A DNA stretch of 64,000 bases from an uncultured Pseudomonadota bacterium (lineage in GTDB: Bacteria; Oederibacteriota; Muellerivitia; Muellerivitales; Muellerivitaceae). Shown here piece by piece: positions 10,519 through 20,506 of this stretch. Every line of letters starts with the position of its first letter. The first letter of the stretch is position 1. The notes beneath the pieces were generated by a model. That model was not told the DNA's origin. It saw nothing but the letters and a program-made list of their open reading frames with translations, and searched no databases. The position numbers and the translations under genes are program-made. The stretch lies in NCBI GenBank assembly GCA_963843375.1, contig CAWJKT010000009.1, positions 274,218-338,217 of the forward strand, read 5' to 3'.

Positions 10519-12837
10519 ATGAAATTTCGATTGGCTTTATTGGCAGCGGCCTTTTTGTTCGCGGGCTGCGGTGGACGGGAAATGGTAAAAACAGGGGGAA
10601 ATCCCCCGGCGGTGGCCACTCCCATTAGTTCGGGGACTCCCTTGGCTTCCGGGCCAACGGTGCCAACCTTGGTGGATTTAAAAACCCCCGTAACGGACGC
10701 CGATTACCAACAAGCGGTTGCCGCGGTCGGGGCTTCTGATGTCGACCGGCATAACATCAACCAATTTCTCACCATCGCCCAATACCAATACAATCACGGT
10801 AATTTGGCGGACGCATTGAAGATCTATCAAAAGACCCTTTTGGCTACTCAAGCCGCTACGCAAGGGGACAAAGCCCAATATATGGTCGGCCAAATTTATT
10901 ATGAAAAGCAGGATTTTTTGCCGGCCCTGGCTTCTTTTCAAAATGTATTGTCCAACTACCCCCAATCAACCTATGCCATCCAGAGCCGGCAAATGATGGA
11001 CTTCATGCTCAGTTATTCACTTAACTTGGAAGATTTGAAGCGTTACGTGGACAATTATCCCGATTCACCCCTGCAATGCTCGGCTCTTTTCCAACTGGGC
11101 AGTCACGAGGCTCAGGCGGGAATTCAAAACGATGCTATCGAACATTTAAACAAGTTCGTCCAGCAATGCCCCCAGCACCCCTCGGTGTCCGCCGCCCAGC
11201 TTATGCTCCAATCCATCCAAAGCCAGACGCAAGGAAAGACCTGGAAGATCGGCGTTATGATTCCCCGGACCGGACGTTTTCAGGGTTTTGGTGATTCGGT
11301 CCTGAATGGCATTACCTTAGCGGTAGAACAGGCCAACCAGTCCGGTGGTTCTAATAAACATATGGCAATTGTGGTAAAGGATACGGGAAGCGAAGGCATG
11401 AAGGCGGTGACCGAATTCCAGGATTTGGTCAAAGACGACAGTCTGGACGCCATCATCGGTCCGATTGCCCCATCGGATATCCAGGCGGTGGCAGCCTTGG
11501 CCAACGAGAGGAGGATCACCATGATATGTCCCGCGGCCAGCCGGGAAGGCTTGTCGACCTTGGGACCTTACATCTTCAGCAACAGCATGACCAATGAAAT
11601 GCAGGGAAAAGCCATTGCCCAATACGCGATACAACGCTTGGGTTTCAAGCGGTTCGCCATTCTGGCCCCCGACGATCTTTATGGGCAGACCCTTTCGGAA
11701 AGCTTTCAAAAAACGGTGGGTTCCATGGGTGCCACCGTGTTGGCCTCCGAGACCTACATCCCCGGTTCAACGGATTTCAAAAAGCAGTTAGTGGATATGG
11801 GGGGACAGGACCCCGAATCATCCAAAGAAAACGACCGGGAAAACGCGCGGCGTCTAGATGAATTGAAGTACAACATTTCCAAGGAAGTGGGAAAGATTTT
11901 CCTGAAGGTCAAGGATTTGTCCAATGCCTCCGGGGTCGCAGCTACTACTACGCCGGTGGCGGCTTTTGTTCCATTGGTGGAAAGCCTTTCCAATACGATT
12001 TGCCCCTCGATCGTTGGGGACATCAATGCCGCAGTGAAGGACTCCTTGAAAAGCCAGACAAGCTATATCTTCCGGACCGACGATATCATCAAACAATCCT
12101 TGCAACGGCTGCCGATAGAGCTGAAAGGGACAACCGTAACCGCTTCGGCGGACCAATGGGCTGAAGTGGCGCAGGACATGCAAGCCTCGTTGATCATTAC
12201 CGGCCATATTCTGGAACCCACGCCGGAAAACGACTGGGGTGCCTATCCCGCCTGGGACTACAACGTCCATTTTGAGGCTTTTTGGATGGATCCCAATAAG
12301 AACGCCATGGTGAAAATCTACCAGAGCAAAATCCCCTATAGCGTTTTCAAGCCGGCGTCCATGATTCGCGGCAACAACGGCTACCAGGCTCTTTATCTTC
12401 CGGCGCATTCAGCGGAAGTGCCCCTATTGGTTTCTCAAGTGCATTATTATGACTTAAGCCCGGTATTTTTGGGCGGCCACCTTTGGGACAATGACACGAT
12501 ATTGCAGGAGGGGGCCAAGGACATGGAAGGCTCCTATTTCGTGACGGGATTTTTCGTGGATAGCCAGCAGGGAACGGTCAAGAAGTTCGTGGACGATTAC
12601 ATGAACAAATTCGCTAAACGACCGGATTTGCTCGCGGCCCAGGCTTATGACGCGACCCGGTTGTTATTCCAAGCTGCAAACCTTTCCATGAACCGGGATG
12701 ACATCCACAATAATCTCTTGCAGATCAAGGACTTCGACGGGGTCAGTGGTAAGACCAACTTCGGAGGCCAGGGCGAAGCGGATAAACTGGTGCCAATACT
12801 GCAGATCAAAGACGGGAAGTACCAACAGGTTCAATAA
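10519..12837 (+). CDS. LpoA/LppC-like lipoprotein: TPR region plus type I periplasmic-binding fold with a large insert
   Basis: Lipobox LFAGC; TPR helices; KIGVMIPRTG, IIGP, AAQAYDA, FDGVSGKTNF. Confidence 0.75.
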   Translation: MKFRLALLAAAFLFAGCGGREMVKTGGNPPAVATPISSGTPLASGPTVPTLVDLKTPVTDADYQQAVAAVGASDVDRHNINQFLTIAQYQYNHGNLADALKIYQKTLLATQAATQGDKAQYMVGQIYYEKQDFLPALASFQNVLSNYPQSTYAIQSRQMMDFMLSYSLNLEDLKRYVDNYPDSPLQCSALFQLGSHEAQAGIQNDAIEHLNKFVQQCPQHPSVSAAQLMLQSIQSQTQGKTWKIGVMIPRTGRFQGFGDSVLNGITLAVEQANQSGGSNKHMAIVVKDTGSEGMKAVTEFQDLVKDDSLDAIIGPIAPSDIQAVAALANERRITMICPAASREGLSTLGPYIFSNSMTNEMQGKAIAQYAIQRLGFKRFAILAPDDLYGQTLSESFQKTVGSMGATVLASETYIPGSTDFKKQLVDMGGQDPESSKENDRENARRLDELKYNISKEVGKIFLKVKDLSNASGVAATTTPVAAFVPLVESLSNTICPSIVGDINAAVKDSLKSQTSYIFRTDDIIKQSLQRLPIELKGTTVTASADQWAEVAQDMQASLIITGHILEPTPENDWGAYPAWDYNVHFEAFWMDPNKNAMVKIYQSKIPYSVFKPASMIRGNNGYQALYLPAHSAEVPLLVSQVHYYDLSPVFLGGHLWDNDTILQEGAKDMEGSYFVTGFFVDSQQGTVKKFVDDYMNKFAKRPDLLAAQAYDATRLLFQAANLSMNRDDIHNNLLQIKDFDGVSGKTNFGGQGEADKLVPILQIKDGKYQQVQ

Positions 12838-12926
12838 AATTTAATCGCTATTATTGCATGTGCCATTTTATGCGGAGAAACAACCTCGGTTCATAGGTGG
12901 TTTTTTTAGTTTGGAATTGCTGTTGG

Positions 12927-12954
12927 TTGACGTTTTGATACGGTCTCTTATACT
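12927..12954 (+). promoter_or_regulatory. Putative sigma70 promoter
   Basis: TTGACG-16 nt-TATACT. Confidence 0.45.
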
Positions 12955-12992
12955 CAATTCAATAGAATGAGAAGCCAGATAAAGGTTTAGAA

Positions 12993-13163
12993 ATGCCAAA
13001 AATTTTAGTAGAAATACCAAGCAGGTATTTGAAACCCCTGGATAAAATAGCCCAGCAAAAAAAAACCACACGTCATGAATTGATTCTAAATGCTATCCGA
13101 ATCTGCTTTAGGCCCAAGAAGACTTCTGAGGGATTTTTAGGAAAACGAAAAGATGGCAGATAA
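12993..13163 (+). CDS. 56-aa ribbon-helix-helix (CopG/VapB-like) protein, not in the ORF track
   Basis: Manual translation MPKILVEIPSRYLKPLDKIAQQKKTTRHELILNAIRICFRPKKTSEGFLGKRKDGR fits the RHH pattern; overlaps the hisS start. Confidence 0.6.
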   Translation: MPKILVEIPSRYLKPLDKIAQQKKTTRHELILNAIRICFRPKKTSEGFLGKRKDGR

Positions 13164-14601
13164 CACCAAATTCGGCCCGCCCAAGGGCATGCGCGACTGG
13201 CTTCCACAGGAAACTCTCTTGCGCCAAAAGCTTATCCGACTAATCGAATCCCATTACCAGCTTTATGGATTCCAGCCGATTGATACGCCCGTTATGGAAA
13301 ACATTGAAGTTCTGCAGGGGAAGGGCGGGGGCGAGAATGAGAAGTTGATGTTTAAGATCGAAAAAAGGGGAGAAGAGCTTACTTCGGTTCTCCAAGCGTT
13401 CATGGAGAGTGCTGGAACCGAAAATGAAAAGCAAGCCGAAGCCCAGTTGAAATTGAAAAACGATATTACCGACATGGGTCTTCGCTTTGACCTCACGGTT
13501 CCCCTGGCCCGCTACTATGCCAACCACGCCAATGAGTTGCCCAAGCCGTTGCGTTGTTATCACATCGGCCCTGTCTGGCGGGCGGACAAACCCCAGAGGG
13601 GCAGGTATCGTGAGTTCTATCAGTGCGATATCGATATTATCGGGGGTTCCTCGGATGCCTATGAAGTGGAACTACTACTTGCTACCGATCGAGTCTTAAA
13701 AGAATTAAATATTGGAAAGTTCCGAATTCGTATAAGTAGTAAAGAACTTATGCCGTTTTGGCTTTGGTTAAATGGAGTTTATCCTGGGAGCAATGAGCGG
13801 GCTCAAGAGATTTGCTTGATTTTGGATAAAGTTGATAAGAAAGATATTGACGAAATATTTAATGAGCTGATGCCAATAATGCCAGAAGAACAACTTCGAG
13901 GGTTGAAAAAAATTATACTTGATTCGAAAAACGGACAAGTGATTTCAAAAGATAGAATGATGGAACGGTTCTACAATGGTGATAAAGATCTGGTTCTTGA
14001 GGAGAAGTTTTCTGAATTATTGAATCGGATTTTAGGGATCGTTTTGCGTGTTAAAGAAGTTAATCCTGATGCTAATGTTGTTTTTGATCCTATATTGATG
14101 CGTGGTTTTGACTATTACACTGGGCCAGTATTTGAGATCAACGTAGAAGACAAGGATTTTAACTTCTCCATTGGGGGCGGGGGCCGATACGATGGACTAA
14201 TTGAAAAGTTAGGAGGGCCCAAGAATACACCAGCGGTCGGGATTTCTCTGGGCTTCGAACGAATTTTGCTCGTTCTGGCAGAAAAGAGGAAGTCTGAAAC
14301 CCAAGCACGTTATTCAAGGGTATTTATCGTCAATAACGGTCAATCCGAAAAAGATATTCTGGCCCTTGGGGAGCAGTTGCGTTCGGAGGGTATTCAGGTG
14401 GAAACATCCCTGGAAAACAAGAAGATCGGTCAGCAGTTGGAAGCCGCACAAAAAAGCGGGATCGAGTATGCCATCATCGAATTCCAACCCGGCCACAAAT
14501 CCTTCAAAGTTCGCCAACTTTCCACAAGACAAGACCGGGAAATGCCATTAGCGGAGCTTTACGACATCATGAAACGTCTTTCCCAAGGCGTGGATGATTA
14601 A
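13153..14601 (+). CDS. hisS: Histidine--tRNA ligase
   Basis: PKGMRD, LRFDLTVPLARY, GRYREFYQCDID, RGFDYYTG, GGGRYD, GFERI. Confidence 0.97.
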   Translation: MADNTKFGPPKGMRDWLPQETLLRQKLIRLIESHYQLYGFQPIDTPVMENIEVLQGKGGGENEKLMFKIEKRGEELTSVLQAFMESAGTENEKQAEAQLKLKNDITDMGLRFDLTVPLARYYANHANELPKPLRCYHIGPVWRADKPQRGRYREFYQCDIDIIGGSSDAYEVELLLATDRVLKELNIGKFRIRISSKELMPFWLWLNGVYPGSNERAQEICLILDKVDKKDIDEIFNELMPIMPEEQLRGLKKIILDSKNGQVISKDRMMERFYNGDKDLVLEEKFSELLNRILGIVLRVKEVNPDANVVFDPILMRGFDYYTGPVFEINVEDKDFNFSIGGGGRYDGLIEKLGGPKNTPAVGISLGFERILLVLAEKRKSETQARYSRVFIVNNGQSEKDILALGEQLRSEGIQVETSLENKKIGQQLEAAQKSGIEYAIIEFQPGHKSFKVRQLSTRQDREMPLAELYDIMKRLSQGVDD

Positions 14602-14682
14602 ATCGATGTATTGAGCGGTTAAAAAGTTGTGTTATTATACGGCTCCTTTTAGGGGCCTTTTTCATTTACAGGAGTTACGAAC

Positions 14683-16473
14683 GTGGCGGAAATGCTTGGC
14701 GGTTGGAAAAGATCACATAAATGCGGCGACTTGCGGGCGTCGGATGTCGGTAAAACCGTCACTCTGATGGGCTGGGTACACCACCGCCGGGACCATGGCG
14801 GCTTGGTATTCGTGGATTTGCGCGACCGTTACGGCGTGACTCAAATCGTGTTTGACCCACAATTGGCCGATAGGGTTCATAAACAATCCCATCTCATTCG
14901 CAACGAATGGGTTTTAGCTGTCAAAGGCGAAGTGACCAAACGCCCCGAAGGCACTATCAATAACAAAATTGCCACCGGTGAGATTGAAATCCGGTGTACC
15001 GAAGTGAAGGTTCTGAACGAGTCTCAAACCCCGGTGTTTCCCATTGAGGACGACGTGGATGTTGCCGAAGAAACCCGCATGGAATATCGCTATCTCGATT
15101 TGCGCCGCGAGTCCATGAAGGGAAAATTGATTGCCCGCCATAAGATGTCAATGGCCGCGCGCAATTACATGAGCGATGAAGGTTTTCTTGAAATTGAGAC
15201 GCCGATCCTGATCAAGAATACCCCGGAAGGTTCCCGCGAATATGTGGTGCCGAGCCGTGTTAACCCGGGAAAGTTTTTCGTTCTTCCTCAGAGTCCCCAG
15301 CAATTAAAGCAGACCTGCATGATCGCGGGCTTGGACAAGTATTTCCAAGTCGCAAAGTGTTTTCGGGATGAGGACCTGCGCGCCGATCGCCAGCCCGAAT
15401 TTACCCAGATCGACTGGGAAATGTCCTTCATCGATGAGGAGGATATCTACCGGGTCGGGGAAGGTCTCATGAAGGCCATTTTTAAAGGCGCTTTGGGTGA
15501 GGACTTGAAAACCCCTTTTCCCCGTTTGACCTATGCCGAGGCGCTCGGGCGTTACGGAAACGACAAGCCGGACCTTCGTTTTGACCTTCCTTTGGTGGAT
15601 GTCACCGCCATCGCGGCCAAGTCCGATTTCAAGGTGTTTAAGGACGTTATATCCCGTGGCGATGTCGTCAAGGCCCTGAACGCCAAGGGCTGCGCGGATT
15701 TCTCCCGCAAGGATATGGACGACCTGACGGCTTTTGTCGGGAAATACGGGGCCAAGGGAATGGCCTGGTTTAAAGTCAAGGACGCAAAGCTGGATTCCAA
15801 TATCACCAAGTATTTTTCGCCCGAGGTTCAAACCGAATTGTTGAAAGAACTCAAGGGTGAGGAAGGCGATCTCTTCCTTTTTGGGGCGGATCAATTAGCT
15901 ACCGTGAACGAATCATTGGGAGCGCTTCGGGTGGAAATTGCCCGCCGAAAGGGTTTAATCGAAAAGGGTGCCAAGTGGGCCTTTACCTGGGTAACGGACT
16001 TCCCCATGTTCGGCAAGGACGAGAAGGGAAGGCTTTACTCTATGAACCATCCTTTCACCGCGCCCCGGGAAAAGGATGCGCCCCTCCTGGATACCGATCC
16101 GACCCAGGTGACGGCCCGGGCTTATGACATGGTTTTAAATGGTTTTGAATTGGGCAGCGGTACAATCCGCATCCATGATTCCGCCATGCAATCCAAGATA
16201 TTCAGCCTGCTGGATATCTCCCCGGAAAAAGCACAGGAGCGATTCGGCTTTTTACTCAAGGCCTTAACCTTTGGAGCCCCTCCCCACGGGGGGATGGCTG
16301 TTGGATTGGACCGCATCGCCATGCTTTTGACAGGCGCGCCAAACATCCGGGACGTCATTGCCTTCCCCAAAACAGCCAAGGCCACCGACCTTATGACCGG
16401 TTCACCTTCCGAAATTGATGAGGAGTTGATGAAGGAGCTCAAGATCAAGATCGAGCTGGAAGATCTTACCTAA
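14683..16473 (+). CDS. aspS: Aspartate--tRNA ligase, probably non-discriminating (Asp/Asn)
   Basis: RRDHGG, LPQSPQ, CFRDEDLRADRQPEF, PPHGG, GLDR; His in RRDHGG and Gly in RPEG are typical of ND-AspRS. Confidence 0.97.
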   Translation: MAEMLGGWKRSHKCGDLRASDVGKTVTLMGWVHHRRDHGGLVFVDLRDRYGVTQIVFDPQLADRVHKQSHLIRNEWVLAVKGEVTKRPEGTINNKIATGEIEIRCTEVKVLNESQTPVFPIEDDVDVAEETRMEYRYLDLRRESMKGKLIARHKMSMAARNYMSDEGFLEIETPILIKNTPEGSREYVVPSRVNPGKFFVLPQSPQQLKQTCMIAGLDKYFQVAKCFRDEDLRADRQPEFTQIDWEMSFIDEEDIYRVGEGLMKAIFKGALGEDLKTPFPRLTYAEALGRYGNDKPDLRFDLPLVDVTAIAAKSDFKVFKDVISRGDVVKALNAKGCADFSRKDMDDLTAFVGKYGAKGMAWFKVKDAKLDSNITKYFSPEVQTELLKELKGEEGDLFLFGADQLATVNESLGALRVEIARRKGLIEKGAKWAFTWVTDFPMFGKDEKGRLYSMNHPFTAPREKDAPLLDTDPTQVTARAYDMVLNGFELGSGTIRIHDSAMQSKIFSLLDISPEKAQERFGFLLKALTFGAPPHGGMAVGLDRIAMLLTGAPNIRDVIAFPKTAKATDLMTGSPSEIDEELMKELKIKIELEDLT

Positions 16474-18644
16474 ATCAGCTTGATTTGGAATGACTCGCAA
16501 TAAAAGGGCTTATTCACTGCTCGGAAGGATTTTGGCAACCAGCCTTCCCTCATCAGTTTCTTTCCTTTGAATTTCGATTTCTCGCCTTGAATTTCATATT
16601 TCTTCGTTGGATTTAACCCGCGTAAACGAATAGGTCTGGCCTTTACTCCTTTTTTAAAAGGCTTCACCTGGAACACAAAAAGCAGGGCCTCCGTTTGGGT
16701 ATCGTTGACGAACATCCAGGAAGCACGATTGGAATCGTAGGGGCTTTCCAGACGGTGAAAATCCCCGAATTGAACCAAGGGCCGGATTCTCTTGTATTGG
16801 ACGATATAACCGATCACCTCTTTTTTCTCCTTCGCTGTCCACTTTGTCACATCCAATTCCAAACCGAAGTTTCCGGACATCGCCATCAGAGCCCGCCATT
16901 TTAGGGGGGTCTCCCGCTTCGTAATGTGATTAGGGGAGGCCGCGATATGGGCACCTTGGGTAATGGGGGGATAGCAAAATCCGGTGCCATATTGGATGAA
17001 AAGCCGGTCCAGACCGTCGCTGTTATCCGAAGTCCAGATTTGGGGATGATAACTTAGTATTCCAAGGTCAAAACGGGCCCCGCCGCCCGCGCAACCCTCA
17101 AAAAGGATATGGGGAAACCTCTTGTTGAAGCGGTCCATCAGTTCGTAAACCCCGAACATGTAGCGATGGCAAAGCTCGGTTTGACGGTCGGGGGACAGGA
17201 CTTCGTTGCCCACCTCGGTGAGGGCGCGGTTCATGTCCCATTTCACATAGTCGACCTTAGCTTCCTCCAGCACCTTGCCGATCGTGTCGAAAAGATAATC
17301 CCTGATTTCCTTGCGACTCATGTCCAAGACTAATTGGGTTCGGAAAGTCAGGCGTTCCCGGCCCGGCACATGGAGGCACCAGTCGGGATGCTGTTCGTAA
17401 AGTTTGCTTTTCGGGGAGATCATTTCGGGTTCGATCCAAAGGCCGAACTTCATCCCCAGAGCCTGGATGTCTTCCGCCAGGGCCTTTATCCCCTTAGGCA
17501 GTTTCTTTCTGTCCTCAAACCAATCGCCCAGGGAACTGTCGTCCTTGTCCCTTTCCCCGAACCAGCCGTCATCCAAAACCATGAGTTCCACGCCCATTTC
17601 CCCGGCGGTTTTGGCGATGCGCAGGATGTCATCATGATTAAAGTTGAAATAAGTGGCTTCCCAATTGTTGATCAGGATGGGCCGGGGTTTGTCCCGCCAT
17701 TCGCCCCGGGTTACGCGTTTGCGGATGAAGGGATGGAAGTTGCGGCTTAACCCGCTAAAACCCGTTTTGGAATAGGTCATGACGCATTCGGGGGTGAAAA
17801 AGGATTTTCCCGGTTCCAGACGCCATTTAAAATCAAAGTCATTTAGGCCCATGCCTAACCGCAGCCATCCGTTGCGTTGAATTTCCGCTTCCAAAACCCA
17901 ATTTCCGCTATAAGCCAGGGCCAGGCCGTAAACTTCGCCTTTTTCCTCGTCCGCCCCGCCCCGGGCGACCATGACATAAGGGTTCATTTCGTGGGAGGAA
18001 ATACCGCGGCGGCTTTCCAGCCGAACGGTTCCTTGCAGGAGGGTCTGCTTTTGGAGGCGGCGTTCATGGGCCCAAGCGCCCGGAAAACTGATGAGTTGGT
18101 AATCACCCTCAGGTAGGTCGATTCCGGTGCTCATGAGTTTCAGGACATGGATGGTTTCAGATCCGTTATTTTGAAGAGCGGCCCGCTTGACCAAGATTCC
18201 CCATTCGGGATAGAGAGTGTAATAAAGGGTGAGATCGATGTTTTTGAATTCATCCCGCAAAATTATTCGAAGGGTTTCCGCTTCCAAGGAATTCTCCACG
18301 TAAGAACAAGGTCCCTCAAAGACGGGCTTTCCGGGAATGATTTCATGGGACAGGTAAGTGAAGTGGCTGATACGGGAACCATCCGAATGTTCCAGGCGAA
18401 AAGCCGGGTTCCGAAGGTCGTTGTGACCGAAATCGGGGAATTCGCGGCGTTGGTTTTCCATGATGACGGTTGATTCGGAGGTTCGGGTTCTCCATTCGGT
18501 TAGCAGCTTTATCAAGGCGTGCGGTGAAAGAGAAGGGCCCCAATGGAGGTGATGCAAATCGCCCTTGGGGGATATTCCAAGGACGTAATAAAAACTTCCG
18601 TCCTCGATGAGGAAATAGTTTTGGTCTTGGTTGAAAGTGATCAT
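16470..18644 (-). CDS. Alpha-galactosidase, GH36
   Basis: NNWEATYF, VLDDGWFG, FGLWIEPEM, YVKWDMNR, WTSDNSD. Confidence 0.95.
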   Translation of the reverse strand: MITFNQDQNYFLIEDGSFYYVLGISPKGDLHHLHWGPSLSPHALIKLLTEWRTRTSESTVIMENQRREFPDFGHNDLRNPAFRLEHSDGSRISHFTYLSHEIIPGKPVFEGPCSYVENSLEAETLRIILRDEFKNIDLTLYYTLYPEWGILVKRAALQNNGSETIHVLKLMSTGIDLPEGDYQLISFPGAWAHERRLQKQTLLQGTVRLESRRGISSHEMNPYVMVARGGADEEKGEVYGLALAYSGNWVLEAEIQRNGWLRLGMGLNDFDFKWRLEPGKSFFTPECVMTYSKTGFSGLSRNFHPFIRKRVTRGEWRDKPRPILINNWEATYFNFNHDDILRIAKTAGEMGVELMVLDDGWFGERDKDDSSLGDWFEDRKKLPKGIKALAEDIQALGMKFGLWIEPEMISPKSKLYEQHPDWCLHVPGRERLTFRTQLVLDMSRKEIRDYLFDTIGKVLEEAKVDYVKWDMNRALTEVGNEVLSPDRQTELCHRYMFGVYELMDRFNKRFPHILFEGCAGGGARFDLGILSYHPQIWTSDNSDGLDRLFIQYGTGFCYPPITQGAHIAASPNHITKRETPLKWRALMAMSGNFGLELDVTKWTAKEKKEVIGYIVQYKRIRPLVQFGDFHRLESPYDSNRASWMFVNDTQTEALLFVFQVKPFKKGVKARPIRLRGLNPTKKYEIQGEKSKFKGKKLMREGWLPKSFRAVNKPFYCESFQIKLI

Positions 18645-18760
18645 GATGTCCGGATGGTTTAGGTTGGAGGAATTTTAACCCATGAACGTTTCAAGTTAAA
18701 TAAACCCTTTTCCCTTTAAAGTGTTCTTTTCATGCCCTTTCACGATGCCTGCACTCGGCC

Positions 18761-18789
18761 TTGACGAGTTCTTTATTTGCTTCGATAAT
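18761..18789 (+). promoter_or_regulatory. Putative sigma70 promoter
   Basis: TTGACG-17 nt-GATAAT upstream of the LysM gene. Confidence 0.5.
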
Positions 18790-18830
18790 GATTCACGCGG
18801 TGGTTGAAACTACCCAAGGGGGCATAAGCA

Positions 18831-19376
18831 ATGAAATATTCGAAAATACTATTGGTTGCCGCGGTTATGGCCGGTTTTGTTGTGACCGGATGTACCGGAC
18901 AAAAAAGGGTTGAAGGAACCGAAGTACCCACCCAACCCCAAACCAATGACGTAACCATGCCGGCCCAAGCCATGCCGGAGGCTCCGCCCGCCCCCGAAGT
19001 GCCACCCGCGCCTGAGGCCCCGCCCGCCATGGCCGTTGCCACACCCGTCCCAACCGAAGCCCCGGCTCCTCCGCCGCCCCCGCCGGTTGCGACTGAGAAG
19101 GCTCTTGAGAAGTATATCGTGGTCAAGGGTGACACCCTTTGGGGCATCTCGGGCATGTCGATCATTTATAAGGATAATTTCCAATGGCCTTTGCTCTTCA
19201 AGGAGAACAGGGATCAAATCAAAGATCCGGATTTAATCTATCCCAAACAGGAATTCCTGATTCGAAGGGATTGGACCCAGGAAGACCTGGATAAAGCCCA
19301 CAAGGACGCGAATGACACTCCGAAGTATGTGCCTCACACCGCTCCGCGTGAAACCTTGCCGGTGGATTATTTCTGA
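18831..19376 (+). CDS. LysM-domain lipoprotein with Pro/Ala linker
   Basis: Lipobox VVTGC; YIVVKGDTLWGI...NRDQIKDPDLIYP. Confidence 0.9.
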   Translation: MKYSKILLVAAVMAGFVVTGCTGQKRVEGTEVPTQPQTNDVTMPAQAMPEAPPAPEVPPAPEAPPAMAVATPVPTEAPAPPPPPPVATEKALEKYIVVKGDTLWGISGMSIIYKDNFQWPLLFKENRDQIKDPDLIYPKQEFLIRRDWTQEDLDKAHKDANDTPKYVPHTAPRETLPVDYF

Positions 19377-19412
19377 GTTGGGCGGCATTCAAGAATTTTA
19401 AGTTTGAAATTT

Positions 19413-19458
19413 AAAGACTCCCTTTTCTTGTGATCTAAGGAAAGGGAGTTTTTGTTTA
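19413..19458 (+). terminator. Intrinsic terminator
   Basis: GACTCCCTTTTCTT/AAGGAAAGGGAGTT stem followed by a T tract. Confidence 0.75.
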
Positions 19459-19500
19459 TTTGGCATTTATCCGCTTTAGTTGAATTTAATGGAGGAAATC

Positions 19501-20484
19501 TTGGTCCAGGCCGTGAGCCGTCGAATTACTTTGGATGACCATCAGGAATGCGTGAGGTTGTTCGGGGAAAAAGACCATACCTTGAAGCTTCTTCAGGATT
19601 CCTTTGCCGTTACCTTGGTAGCCCGGGGCAACGAAATCATTCTTTCCGGCGAACCCCTGGAGGTTTCCCACGCCAGCCAAGTCATCGAAAAATTAAGACT
19701 CCATTTGAAAAAGGAAAACGAAGGTTACCTGCAAGTCGGCTCGGTGAGGAAAATGATCGCCGAAACCAAAGGGGACAAGCCGGAGGCGGAAGAAGAGGTT
19801 CATGAGACCATCCTTGTATCCTCCCACAAGAAACCGGTTTCCGCCCGTTCGGCCAACCAGCAAAAGTATGTGGATGCCATCAAGAAAAACGACATCGTAT
19901 TCGGCATCGGTCCCGCCGGAACCGGCAAGACCTATTTGGCGATGGCGATGGCGGTGGCGTCTTTGAGGGAGGCGGAAGTGGAAAGACTGATCCTCACCCG
20001 CCCCGCTGTGGAAGCGGGGGAAAAACTGGGGTTTCTGCCGGGGGACCTGCAGGACAAAGTCGACCCCTATTTGAGGCCCCTCTACGACGCCCTTTATGAC
20101 ATGGTGGAGTACGACAAACTACAAAGGCTATTTCATCAGCGAACGGTGGAAGTGGCGCCTTTGGCCTATATGCGGGGCCGCACCCTCTCGAACGCCTTCA
20201 TCATCCTTGACGAAGCCCAGAACACCAGTCCGGAACAGATGAAGATGTTCCTGACCCGCATGGGGAACGGTTCCAAGATGGTGGTCACCGGGGATGTCAC
20301 CCAGATCGACCTGCCCCAGGGTAAAAGTTCAGGCTTAATTGAAGTCCAACAGATTCTTTCCAAAGTGAAGGGAGTGGAATTTGTCTTTTTCAGCCCCAAA
20401 GATGTGGTGAGGCACTATCTGGTTCAACATATCCTTGAGGCTTACCACGTCCGCGACGAGCAAAAGAAGGATAAGTTGGTTTGA
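19501..20484 (+). CDS. phoH: PhoH-like ATPase (YbeZ)
   Basis: GPAGTGKT, RPAVEAGE, APLAYMRGRTL, DEAQN; GGAGG before TTG 19501. Confidence 0.95.
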   Translation: MVQAVSRRITLDDHQECVRLFGEKDHTLKLLQDSFAVTLVARGNEIILSGEPLEVSHASQVIEKLRLHLKKENEGYLQVGSVRKMIAETKGDKPEAEEEVHETILVSSHKKPVSARSANQQKYVDAIKKNDIVFGIGPAGTGKTYLAMAMAVASLREAEVERLILTRPAVEAGEKLGFLPGDLQDKVDPYLRPLYDALYDMVEYDKLQRLFHQRTVEVAPLAYMRGRTLSNAFIILDEAQNTSPEQMKMFLTRMGNGSKMVVTGDVTQIDLPQGKSSGLIEVQQILSKVKGVEFVFFSPKDVVRHYLVQHILEAYHVRDEQKKDKLV

Positions 20485-20506
20485 TGATGAGCCAGCGGCC
20501 CTATTG

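Noticed and set aside
12840..13150. T-box leader for hisS
   Set aside because: No T-box consensus; the space is occupied by a small RHH ORF.
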